Assembly: GCA_002811645.1 (NCBI GenBank)
Contig: PDIP01000189.1
Coordinates: forward strand, 1-43,105
DNA from: Corallochytrium limacisporum Hawaii
Taxonomy: Eukaryota; Protista; Pluriformea
Length of the DNA stretch: 43,105 nt
Direction of reading: 5' to 3'
Below, one piece after another: positions 22,527-33,128 of the stretch. Under the pieces are notes generated by a model that was not told the DNA's origin, ran no database searches, and was given only the letters and a program-made list of their open reading frames with translations. Every line of letters starts with the position of its first letter. Positions within the stretch are counted from its first letter, which is position 1. The position numbers were made by a program, and so were the translations under genes.

Positions 22527-24092
22527 TTAACAGTTGTCGCCCAAGGAGATTTGCCAGCGGTTCTTGCTGCCGCTAACGGGGGCCATGGTGTAACAGTCAG
22601 TGTCAAGATGGTCCAAAATGGCCTGAGCGGCGAGAGGGGCGGTGTCGGCAAGATCGTCGTCGGCGGAACTCTCAACTCTACCAACCTCGGCGATGCCCTC
22701 GACCCCCTCACCGGCACTGGCAGCAGCACCTTCAACACCAACTTCGCAGGTCAGAGACGGTGGGTATTGCGCGGCCAGGGCCTCATCACATTTGCGATCG
22801 GGGACCATGCTACGATCGCATTCCCACATTTCCATGAAAATGTTGTTGCCAGCAAGAGAGTGGGCAATACCCCTCACACTGGGGGACACCAGACTGTTCA
22901 CAAAGGCATCAGACCACTCAGCTCCAATCAGACCCATAGCCAACCTGACAACCTTCTTGATCTGGGCCGGGGTGGCGAGTTTATCCTTCTTGACAAGCTT
23001 ATCCAAGTCGTAGACATCGCCAAGGCGGGGGATGCCGTCCCCCTGGATCCAGGCCTGAATGCCAGCATTCTCGTCGTCATAGACGATGTCGCCGGTGAAC
23101 CAGACATCAGCAGCGGTCTGGTCGGCCCACACGGTCACGTTCAAAATCGAATTCCGGCGGAGCAGGGGACTGGCCTCGAACTCAATACTGCGCTCAAAGC
23201 TGAGGCTTTGGGAGGTTCCCTCAGTGGCAGACCTGGCAGCAGTCTGTTCCAAGCCGCTGGTGATGGTGGTTGAGACTTCAAACTCCATACCCAAAAAGCC
23301 TCCACTAGCACTGGCACCAATCTCAATTTCCCTGGTGTTGGTGGTGGAGCTTTCGTAGCTGTGATCAGCAGAAGCGCCGGTCTCCTCAACAATGGTCTCA
23401 GAGTAAGCGTAGTTGGTAGAAACGCACTGGTTCAGAGTGTTAACGTAGATGCCGGTGTCAGGGCGGGCTACCTCGCTGTTGGTGACAACTTCCCAGACAC
23501 GGGTGGTGGCGTAGTCCACAGTGGTTTGGTTGCGGTATTGGTTATTGAGAGACACGCCATTTCTATCATAGGTCGGGAAGCTGATGGCCCAAGGCTTGTA
23601 CCACAAGTACTCGGAGCTGGGGAAACAATGATTTTCCATTCCCTCGTCAGATGGCGCCAGGTCGTGGATAGCATCCCACCATTCGTCCCAGGCTTCTTCA
23701 TTTGCTTCCGTGCGATCAACCCAGTAGGGTGCCATGAGGATGGGAGCAGTGAGCGCATTGAGTTTCCACAGCATGGAGTAGAACGGATCAACGTGGCCAT
23801 TGGTGTCCAAGACAACAAAATTTCCGATCTTGCCCTCCATGTATTCCTCAAAGTCGGTTGCTTTTTCAGAAACAATCTTGGCCAGAGGTTGCATGTCCGC
23901 ATCACCTTTCATGATGTACTCAAATTCATTGTCACCCTTACCGAGAACACTGGTCTTGTAGATGCCTTCCCAAGCAAGCTCATCTGCGATGAGGTACAAA
24001 GGGGGACAGGTTGGGAGTTCATCCGGAAGGGCCATGCCGGAAGTCATGCCCACAAGTAGGGCACTCATGCTTACCAAAGACAGGTTCATCAT
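22527..24092 (-). CDS. Secreted aerolysin/ETX-MTX2-like beta-pore-forming protein, copy 1
   Basis: Signal peptide (MMNLSLVSMSALLVGMTSG-MA). Core NTLNQCVSTNYAYSETIVEET..S.S.ESSTTNT-REIEIGASASGGFLGMEFEVSTTITSG-..S.T.G.SQSLSFERSIEF...P....LNVTV...DVWFTG shows Ser/Thr-rich strands flanking an alternating amphipathic hairpin, as in the aerolysin fold. Confidence 0.8.
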   Translation of the reverse strand: MMNLSLVSMSALLVGMTSGMALPDELPTCPPLYLIADELAWEGIYKTSVLGKGDNEFEYIMKGDADMQPLAKIVSEKATDFEEYMEGKIGNFVVLDTNGHVDPFYSMLWKLNALTAPILMAPYWVDRTEANEEAWDEWWDAIHDLAPSDEGMENHCFPSSEYLWYKPWAISFPTYDRNGVSLNNQYRNQTTVDYATTRVWEVVTNSEVARPDTGIYVNTLNQCVSTNYAYSETIVEETGASADHSYESSTTNTREIEIGASASGGFLGMEFEVSTTITSGLEQTAARSATEGTSQSLSFERSIEFEASPLLRRNSILNVTVWADQTAADVWFTGDIVYDDENAGIQAWIQGDGIPRLGDVYDLDKLVKKDKLATPAQIKKVVRLAMGLIGAEWSDAFVNSLVSPSVRGIAHSLAGNNIFMEMWECDRSMVPDRKCDEALAAQYPPSLTCEVGVEGAAASAGEGVEGIAEVGRVESSADDDLADTAPLAAQAILDHLDTDCYTMAPVSGSKNRWQISLGDNC

Positions 24093-24235
24093 GATGTTGG
24101 GTTTTGCTCAAAGAACAGGGGCAAATACACAGTGAATAGAGTTTGATGGACAAAAGCCACAATGCGATCAGCTAGAACAGGCAGATGCTTGAGTGTTTGA
24201 TGATTATGGTCGTCTTTCCATGGATCCAGATCGCC

Positions 24236-24244
24236 TTAAATACC
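24236..24244 (-). promoter_or_regulatory. GGTATTTAA TATA-like motif followed by GATCTGGATC
   Basis: ~145 bp upstream of the copy 1 ATG, inside a ~200-bp block conserved with the copy 2 upstream region. Confidence 0.6.
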
Positions 24245-26429
24245 TTTGGTGCTCCCGAGATCTAGCTGTGCCCCCCTTGAGACAAGACATTTTACACGTT
24301 TGAAGACGATTCCATCCATGCGATGGCTATATTCATCCGACGAAGATAAGTGACATGCGACACAGAACACCAGTGACGCATTATGGACACAGTATTTGCA
24401 TCTGCCGCTGAGAAAGGTCCGCTTCCCAGCTCTTGACCGAGCCGATTCACCCTGCCCGCCCTTCCCCCCCCCCTTTGGCCGGTCTGGGCCCTATCTCTAC
24501 CGTTCGGACGAGATGGAGTCACCCATGATTTCCAACCTACGATCAACTGGCCAAACGGTAGAACCCAAAGCCGCTCGAAAAGCCACGGAATGGATTGGAG
24601 CTCACAGGCCAGAGAAGACGGAATTGTGACCTTGAGAGTGCTCCGCGCGCGGTATGGTGAACAGGCCATGACAGTTAGACGTAACATCACCAGCGATGCA
24701 CCTAAGATATGCAATTCCCGAAACACCTCATTTCGTTGTGCCGCCAGTACACTGAGGTTGTCGCCTATCATTGATTTGTGTATCAAGACCTTAAACCAAA
24801 CCCTGACTACCTTTCAAGTGCGCGCGTGCAAGTCGACATGTGCGTCATTTCAGCATAGTTGCAGCCCTGCATACAATTGTTCTCCTCAGTCTGTCCTAGT
24901 AAGTCCAGGGCGGTTCGTCTTGAGTCATGTACGAAGCCCGTATCTGTATTGAGAGAGGTGTCTGCATTGGGGAACATCGCAATTTGAAAGTCCATGGACT
25001 CGCAGTCTTCTATGTGAAGCGACTTATCGCCAACTTGGCGCAAAACAGTAGTTTCAGTAGTGACACCCTGGGTATCTCGCCCCGGCCTCTAAATGCCTAC
25101 CAGTCGCCATGTATATCGCTCTACACCGTCGTGTTGTCGTCAACACGGTGATGGAGCGCAATAGAAACAAAGATGCCCAGGCCGTTTGGACACCTTTGTT
25201 TTTCCAAACCATGCATACTAAATTTGTGGACAATGGAGGACACTAATTCGTGGCCTTCATTCGTCCAACTGTCTTCCATTTGGAAACTTGAGGTATCATG
25301 GTTTTGATCGATGGGAATGTAGGTGGAGAGCGTCTGCACGCTTCTTCACATGTGCCGGGACAGGGTCTTACTTTTCAAGACAAGGCGCACGCGCGGCCAG
25401 GAGTGACCACCACAGGCATCCATAATTTCAGTATCAAACATGCAACCCAGAAGGAAGTTGGCTGGGACAGAGACACAGAGTGAGCTTTGACCAGATCTGT
25501 GTCACGCGACGAAGGCGGACGACGATAACGACCATCCGCGCACTTTCCCGCATTCCAAGACCCGCCCTCAGCCCCCACTACGCCGACTGCAGCCCCAACC
25601 GCACGGAGAAGAAGGGGCCGATAAAGAAACTGTTGGCCTGACCAACAACCAAAGGCTTGACTCCTCTTCACCTCGCCTACACAACAGTCAACCATGACGG
25701 GGGCGCCAGTTCCATGATGTTCCATCCCTCCCAGATCCCTACAATTGCGCTCCCATTCGGTTCCTTTGCTCTCTCTGCTTCGCGTTCTTCAACCCCTAAG
25801 AATGCGTTGCCCATGTGCATCGGGAGTCTATTTTTACCGTCTCGTTCTGTTTTTGTCATTCTCTTTTTTTTTTTTGCTATCTGGTGTGCCCCATGCATTT
25901 TTCTTCATCGCGCTCTCCCTGCTTTTGGTCATTCTCTGCCGAATTCCGGTGGGCAATGGAGTGCAGAGGTTACTGGGCTTGGGGGGGACCCTGCCTTTCT
26001 TCTGCCGAGCGGGCGCAAAGCCCCGAGAAGGGGGGTGGGCGGGGTGGCGGGCGGGGGCCGGATTAGGGCGCGGTTTCCCCTCACACACTAGGTTGTTATC
26101 AGGCCCTTTGATCACAGGGAAGGGCGTTGGACTGGGTAATCTTCCGGGCGGCGAGACCCCGGAGGGAGGCTTCGGACCTGTCCCCTTGGAAGGGGCCACA
26201 GAGAACCTGAAGCTTCTGTGAGCATGCTGTCAGTTTGTGTTTTCTGTTTCCTGTTGTTTTTCTTTTGTGAGTTGGATGCTTCATTCTCCTTTCCTTCTAT
26301 TTGCTCCTTTGATGTGTTGGACAGGAATCATACCTTGCAAAGAGAAAGTAGTCGCGTCATTGCTTTGCCTTTCGCTGCTGTGCCCTTGCTCCTCAGTGGC
26401 TGTGATTCGTGACAAAAAAGTGTCCACCC

Positions 26430-27165
26430 GTTGCACAATGAATCGCGTGAAGTCATGTTCCGCATGTAGGTAATGTCTCGTATACCCGCCCATATCTCAG
26501 TATTGAGTCCAGCCCATTTGATGGCAAAGGACGAAGTCGGCGTGGACAGGCTCCTCGCGCCCCGGAAACTACCTAAGCTCACAGTCTATTCGTTGCATGT
26601 ACATCCTGTGTTCTTCAAACTTCTAATCCCAAGATACGGAACCCAAAGATGTTCACAAAGGCATTCTTTGTTTTGATGTTGATGTTTCTTATATAGCATT
26701 ACGTATAACAGTCTTCTGTAATATGGTATCAATCTTTGATCTCCTCGAATATCGTATGGGCCAGCAGGAAACTTCGGCCGGCTTGTCCGCGAGCTCCCTA
26801 TAGTACAACGAATAATCCTGCAGCCGCAGCCACAATCAATTCAGGAACATGGAAGATGATCTATAAATGTGGGTAACCGACGAGGTGGCAATTTCCTGCA
26901 ACGAAAGGGACTTCAGTGACGGTTAAACTGATGGTAAGATATCTGTCAATGGACCGGTTATGGACTGCTACCGACTACACCCTTCCGCGAAAGAACTGGA
27001 CTCAAGGAAGAAGTACATACTCTTTCCACGACAACAATAAGACTTGTACTTATGCTCATGCGTGATGCTGACATGTGCATTCAGGGAAGGTCTCGGCAGA
27101 ACTCATGACCCCGACAATGTGACGAATTTGAAAGGTGTTGATATGGAACTCTTAGGTGTATCAAA
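26430..27165 (+). repeat. Diverged duplicate block A (homologous to 31050-31790); possible relic of the 5' part of an inverted toxin paralogue
   Basis: Collinear matches to block B: ttgcacaa..gcgtga..atgttc; cctcgcgccccgga; aatcaattcag.aacatggaag; gtggcaatttcctgc; cttcagtgacgg.taaactgatggta; atggaactcttaggtgtatca. Confidence 0.8.
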
Positions 27166-27532
27166 TAATTGTTCTTTTGGGGCGGAGCTCTTCTTGGAGA
27201 GTCCTAAGACGGAAACCTTGGTATATCAATTTCCACCTGGGGAAAATGATAGTCAATGACTATGGAGAAGGGGAAATGAAAATGCCATACGGCTGAGTTT
27301 GTATTGGAGAAAAAGGTACTAGTAATATTTACAATAGAAGCTCAAGCATTGGCGCCCTAGCGCGCATCTGCTGAGAAGAAAAAATAGTGGTATCAAAATG
27401 TGGACTGAAGGAACAAAGATTTGGGGCAAATGGCTACCACCGAAGCCTGCCGAAAAAAGAAGGAAACTCTCGTCAGGCAAGTATCCGGATGTGTTCATCC
27501 TGCACACGTTATGAAGGCAACGAGCGTGAGAT

Positions 27533-29269
27533 TTAACAGTTGTCGACCAAGCTAATTTGCCAGCGATTCTGTTGGCCGCTAACGGGAGCCATACTGTAGC
27601 AGTCGGTGTCAAGATGGTCCAGGATGGCCTGCGCCGCTATACGGTTGTTTTGGACAGTATCCTGGACTGCTCCAACAGCAGCAAGGCCCTCAACCCCCTC
27701 ACCGGCACTGGCAGCAGCACCTTCAACACCAACTTCGCAGGTCAGAGACGGCGGGTATTGCGCGGCCAGGGCCTCATCACATTTGCGATCGGGGACCATG
27801 CTACGATCGCATTCCCACATTTCCATGAAAATGTTGTTGCCAGNNNNNNNNNNNNNNNNNNNNNNNNNNNNNNNNNNNNNNNNNNNNNNNNNNNNNNNNN
27901 NNNNNNNNNNNNNNNNNNNNNNNNNNNNNNNNNNNNNNNNNNNNNNNNNNNNNNNNNNNNNNNNNNNNNNNNNNNNNNNNNNNNNNNNNNNNNNNNNNNN
28001 NNNNNNNNNNNNNNNNNNNNNNNNNNNNNNNNNNNNNNNNNNNNNNNNNNNNNNNNNNNNNNNNNNNNNNNNNNNNNNNNNNNNNNNNNNNNNNNNNNNN
28101 NNNNNNNNNNNNNNNNNNNNNNNNNNNNNNNNNNNNNNNNNNNNNNNNNNNNNNNNNNNNNNNNNNNNNNNNNNNNNNNNNNNNNNNNNNNNNNNNNNNN
28201 NNNNNNNNNNNNNNNNNNNNNNNNNNNNNNNNNNNNNNNNNNNNNNNNNNNNNNNNNNNNNNNNNNNNNNNNNNNNNNNNNNNNNNNNNNNNNNNNNNNN
28301 NNNNNNNNNNNNNNNNNNNNNNNNNNNNNNNNNNNNNNNNNNNNNNNNNNNNNNNNNNNNNNNNNNNNNNNNNNNNNNNNNNNNNNNNNNNNNNNNNNNN
28401 NNNNNNNNNNNNNNNNNNNNNNNNNNNNNNNNNNNNNNNNNNNNNNNNNNNNNNNNNNNNNNNNNNNNNNNNNNNNNNNNNNNNNNNNNNNNNNNNNNNN
28501 NNNNNNNNNNNNNNNNNNNNNNNNNNNNNNNNNNNNNNNNNNNNNNNNNNNNNNNNNNNNNNNNNNNNNNNNNNNNNNNNNNNNNNNNNNNNNNNNNNNN
28601 TACCTCGCTGTTGGTGACAACTTCCCAGACACGGGTGGTGGCGTAGTCCACAGTGGTTTGGTTCATGTACAGCCAATTGGTAGGGTAATTTTCCGCGTCG
28701 TGAGTCGGGAAGGTAACGGCCCAAGGCTTGAACCATTGGTATTCAGCGCTGGGGAAGCACGTATTCTCCGTTTTTTCACCACTTGGAGCCAGTTCGTGCA
28801 GAGCATTCCACCATTCGTCCCAGGCCGCTTCGTTTTCTACCGTGCGTTCAACCCAGTAGGGGGCCATGAGGATGGGAGCAGTGACCGCATTGAGTTTCCA
28901 AAGCATGGAGTAGAACGGATCCACATGACCGAGGGTGTTCAAGACGACAAAGTTTCCGTTTTTGTCCTCCATGTATTCCTCAAAGTCACTTGCCTTTTCC
29001 GCAACAATCTCGGCCAGAGGCTGCATGTCTGCCTGACCACGCATAATGTACTCATACTCGAAGTCACCCATACCAAACGCGGAGGTTGTGTAGTAGTTAG
29101 TCCAAACACGCTCGTCTGCGGTAAATTTCAGAGGGGGACAGGTTCCGTACTTTTCCTTGTCCTTGTCCTTGTCCTTCTCATCTGCCCGTGCATGGCGCTC
29201 CAAGGGCGCGGCATTCACAACAGACATGCCCACCAGAAGGGCAGAGATAATTTCCATGGCCAGCTTCAT
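27533..29269 (-). CDS. Secreted aerolysin-like beta-pore-forming protein, copy 2 (central part in gap 27844-28600)
   Basis: Signal peptide; N- and C-terminal parts are collinear with copy 1 (GHVDPFYSMLWKLNA, WDEWW, NNIFMEMWECDR, DHLDTDCY). Continuity across the gap is inferred. Confidence 0.75.
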   Translation of the reverse strand: MKLAMEIISALLVGMSVVNAAPLERHARADEKDKDKDKEKYGTCPPLKFTADERVWTNYYTTSAFGMGDFEYEYIMRGQADMQPLAEIVAEKASDFEEYMEDKNGNFVVLNTLGHVDPFYSMLWKLNAVTAPILMAPYWVERTVENEAAWDEWWNALHELAPSGEKTENTCFPSAEYQWFKPWAVTFPTHDAENYPTNWLYMNQTTVDYATTRVWEVVTNSEVXXXXXXXXXXXXXXXXXXXXXXXXXXXXXXXXXXXXXXXXXXXXXXXXXXXXXXXXXXXXXXXXXXXXXXXXXXXXXXXXXXXXXXXXXXXXXXXXXXXXXXXXXXXXXXXXXXXXXXXXXXXXXXXXXXXXXXXXXXXXXXXXXXXXXXXXXXXXXXXXXXXXXXXXXXXXXXXXXXXXXXXXXXXXXXXXXXXXXXXXXXXXXXXXXXXXXXXXXXXXXXXXXXXXXXXXXXXXXXXXXXXXXXXXXXXXXGNNIFMEMWECDRSMVPDRKCDEALAAQYPPSLTCEVGVEGAAASAGEGVEGLAAVGAVQDTVQNNRIAAQAILDHLDTDCYSMAPVSGQQNRWQISLVDNC

Positions 29270-29413
29270 CTTGATGTTCGGTCCTGTTAGAACAGCAGAA
29301 ACGACTGTACGGCAAAAATATTTTGATGAATGATACTCAGTTTGATCATCTAGAACAATTAGATGCTTGATTGTTGCCTGCTCATTGTCTTCTGTGCGCC
29401 GATCCAGATCGTC

Positions 29414-29422
29414 TTAAATACC
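29414..29422 (-). promoter_or_regulatory. GGTATTTAA TATA-like motif followed by GATCTGGATC
   Basis: ~145 bp upstream of the copy 2 ATG. Confidence 0.6.
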
Positions 29423-31049
29423 CTTTGGCACGACTGATCTCGCACTGCTCGAGGGAGATAAGACATCGTCACAAGATAGAAGCCGAAGCGGTCCATGCGA
29501 GACTTGTTTTCATCCGCACTGATAAAACAAACAGAACATAGAATACAAACCGCCTACTCCCTTCGGTATGCACCTTCTGCAGCGTGTCTTTCCTACAATT
29601 GACGCCGCCCACTGCACCGGTGTTTCCTCAGCCCTTCCCCCCCCCGGGGGCGGGCCGTCTTCTCTTTCCCGCTTCGCGAGCTCACTCCCCTACTCACGTT
29701 GGGCCCCCGCCTCGGTCGTCAAGAACTGTCAACCCCAGCACACGAAGGTACAGTCGCCAAAGGCCAGTCGTTTCGGTAACCAACACTGATAGTAGGGACA
29801 GCGAATTGGAACAGGTTCGACTGTGAAAGAAGTTTCCCCTGTCCCAGCGCACCGTATGTTGAGTGGCCGCTGGCTGTCGCAGGCAACATCACCACTTGAA
29901 ACGCCTCAGATATCCGAATAGTGAGTGAATGCAATTTGACCTTTGCGACTTCATTTCAAATTGATTCTCTTCGTCTTGCTGAGAACTCATTTCTTATGAC
30001 GAGAATAAACTGTCCCCAATAGCCAGATTGTGTATCAGGGATCAAATCCCAAGGTCTGGGACTATCTTGGAAACGAAGCGCGAGAGTTGATATGGACATC
30101 ATTGACGGCATACAGCTTCTTCGCTTGGGTCTCTGAGTCAGTTGCGGGTTTTCATCTTGTGGCATGAAAGAAGCCCGTGCAGTGCTCAAACATGTGTCCC
30201 ACCTGCCCAGAAAGGAATAGGCGATAAGATCCCTTGGTCCGACCAACAAACTTTCGCCTCCCCAGCCTACGCAAAACAGCGGCAACTGCGCATCGCGTTT
30301 GAGGAGCGTGCTCCATCCACAAGATAGATGGCTCTTCTCCCTCTTTGCTTCCTTCTATCCGGTTTTCCTTCCTGATTCGTGAAGGTCCCCCCCCCGGGGG
30401 GGGCCGGGGAGGGGAGGGGAGGAGGGGTGATCCGCTTTTGGTGGGTTTACGTTCTGAAAAACCTAAGAAAGGGGGGGGGGGGAGTGCGGCGACATGAAAA
30501 CCCCGTGGAGGTTGTTTGGAGAGGGAAAAGGAGGGGGGGCAAGTCACTGGCGGGAATCGGGAGTCCATTTATTTCCCTCCGGCTCCTTTTTTATCATCAC
30601 CAAGGAAGGGACCGGGCAATTTTTTTTTTCTTCCTTGTGTTTTATTTTTAACTTGGGCCGGGGGGGAAAGTAGTCGGACAGCAGGGCACAACACGGCGTT
30701 ATCGCCCGGATGGATCAGCGGGGAAGCCCCCTTGCCAAGCGGGCACCGAACTGCGGGAAGCCCGGAGAGGGGAGGGCCGCTTATCAGCGATAAATTGCCA
30801 TAGGCCTTCTGAGGATCGCCCTGCTCACTGGGCATAGGGGGAGTTCAGGTGAGAGTAGGGACACCTTCGGGTTTGGCCGTTTCGTTTTTTTTGTTTCATT
30901 GCCATTCTGCGGTTCCTCTTTTTTGGTTCCTTCCTTGTGCGTTCTTCATCCTCAGTGAGAATGACAGTCCCGCTGCCTTACCTTGGCTTGGACTTCGGGT
31001 GTGAACAATCAGGGACAGTGACTGTACAGCGGGGCAGGAATGGGCGTGC

Positions 31050-31790
31050 TTTGCACAAGGTATTGCGTGAGCTGATGTTCTACGACTTTGTGTGTCGTAC
31101 ATACCGGTTTATATCTTCCATATTGTGCAAAGTTTCTTGATGGTAAGAAAGGTACAGGGATGAACAAGCCCCTCGCGCCCCGGATTATTCCTAAGTTTTT
31201 CATCTCTTCCATTGTTACCTCCGTGTCTTTGATTGTTTCAAACTCCTCTCTACGCCACAGTTTGCAATCTAAAGGGTGTTCAGAGGACTGCTCCATAGTT
31301 TGTTGTTGATACTTGTAGTGCAGCATGACGTACAACAATATTCTACAATGCGTATCAGCTGTTGATCTCTCAATCAATGTTGGCCAAGCAGAGCCAGTTC
31401 GGCCGTGTATTCCACGAGGTGAGCGTTATGAGAAGGTTGAAGCCGTACTCCGCAGCCATAATCAATTCAGAAACATGGAAGTTGGTCTGCAAATGTGGGC
31501 AACCGAAGGGGTGGCAATTTCCTGCCACGAAATAGGCTTCAGTGACGGCTAAACTGATGGTACGATATTGTGACAGTGAAAATGAACCGGCTATGGCCTC
31601 AACCCGTCCGCGACAAAACTGGACCCAAGGAAGAACACCCTCCATTTTCTATAGCAACATGCAGCATGCACTTACGTTCTTGTGTGATGGTGGTATTCAC
31701 ATTCAAGGAAGGTCCTGGCAGGACCGAGGATGCCAGCAGTATGACTTTTCTCCGCGAGCTCCATGTACATGGAACTCTTAGGTGTATCAG
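31050..31790 (+). repeat. Diverged duplicate block B (homologous to 26430-27165)
   Basis: Same collinear matches as block A; lies just upstream of the toxin pseudogene. Confidence 0.8.
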
Positions 31791-32029
31791 TCCCTTGTGG
31801 GGTTTGATTCCATCCATCGCTTTATGGGCTGCCGCGAGCTGGCGAATCAATCTCCATGTCAAACCCACATAGTCAGTACCAAGGCATCTAAATTAAGGTT
31901 CAGTCTGCTTTCGCCTCCACAATATCTTCCGTGTCGTAGGATCAATGGGCTGGCAGTCTCGAGCCCTTCTTTCCTACGGAGACATTGCGCACAGGGCCAG
32001 TCACCAATGGACCAAGCGGGAAGGGATAG

Positions 32030-32592
32030 TGAAAGTGAGCCAATACAAGAGGAGACAAAAGGAAGGGGGTTGATGGAGTCTCCGGCGCTCTGTGTCGCTC
32101 GTGAAGGTAGACACACATGCACAGAATAGTCTGCTAACATGAAAGCATGTCTTGTCTCACTACTAGAAATGGGTGTGACAATGGGGCTGCTCTAGATGCC
32201 GCTGATGTGTGGTTTCGGTGCTGTGTGGTTTCGGTGCTGTGTGGTTTTTGGCAGTGTGGTCTATGTGGCGATATCGCTTCGAGAAGGAAGATGCAGGAAT
32301 CCCGGCCTGCATTCAAGGCGACGGTCTTCTCACCTTGAACAATGTCTACCTTGTGGACCGACTTCTCTCACCGATCCTGTTCAGACTTGGGACGATGTCA
32401 AGCTGTCCATGAATGGTCATTCGCCGCTGAGTGGGATGTTGCCGTTGAGAGAGTTCAGAATGTCGTTGCAGCATGTCGCTATCGCTGGGTGAGACCAGGA
32501 AGTTATCAACAGCGACAATCTTGCGACATAGGCTGTTTTTGACCATCCTGACTCTGAATGCTACACTATAGGCCCAGGGGCACCAGAACTGC
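32030..32592 (+). pseudogene. Inverted, frameshifted third copy of the aerolysin-like gene
   Basis: Ordered fragments in different frames: SEPIQEET (cf. SETIVEET); AADVWF...GDI; FEKEDAGIPACIQGDGLLTLNNVYLVDRLL (cf. YDDENAGIQAWIQGDGIPRLGDVYDLDKLV); WDVAVE (cf. CEVGVE); NLAT*AVFDHPDSECYTIGP (cf. RIAAQAILDHLDTDCYSMAP). Confidence 0.85.
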
Positions 32593-33128
32593 ACGTTGCT
32601 AGCGGGTACGCCGGATGCGGAAGTGGGAATCCATTCCCTTCAACAGTAGTACCTTTTAGTCAATTTTTCGAATTGGTCGTCCGCCGGAAGTCGTGTCTGT
32701 TGGCCATAGCGGGCCGACGCCACCTTGGTACATTAGCTTTGCAACTGATCCGGCGCCTGTCCAACGTTGACCTGTCTAATAACTATCCGCTGTAGCATGG
32801 CTTATATCGTTCTTCATACACTTCGGGGTCCCTCTCTGGACCCTGCATATCCGTGTACGGGCTTGTCCTGAAGGAGGCCCTTTGAAATTAGGCCCCCAAT
32901 AGGAGCACACTCACCCGCACAGCCACGGGGGGCGGTGGGTGGCAAAAGTCAATGGTGGTAGCGATTTACAGGCTGTGTTCAATTTTTTGGGACTGCGCTG
33001 GTGTTCAAAACAAACTGTGTCTTGAACAAAACTAGATCCTGACTAGCATCATATTCGGTTGCCATGTGTTTGAATAGATAAACATATACCTTAATGTTTG
33101 TTCACGTTCCTTTAGGGTCAGTTTATTC

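Noticed and set aside
22551-24059. + strand ORFs of 240 and 232 aa (and 27557-29290)
   Set aside because: Antisense shadows of the toxin genes, caused by codon bias; non-ATG starts.
26820-26945. Conserved in-frame TGA codons on the minus strand of blocks A/B suggesting recoding or selenoprotein
   Set aside because: Stops are shared in several frames, as expected from simple DNA homology; no frame shows a clear synonymous bias.
32580-33128. Possible cobalamin riboswitch upstream of cobQ
   Set aside because: GGGAA-like bits are present, but there is no B12 box or recognisable core arrangement, and the 5' part is the tail of the toxin pseudogene.
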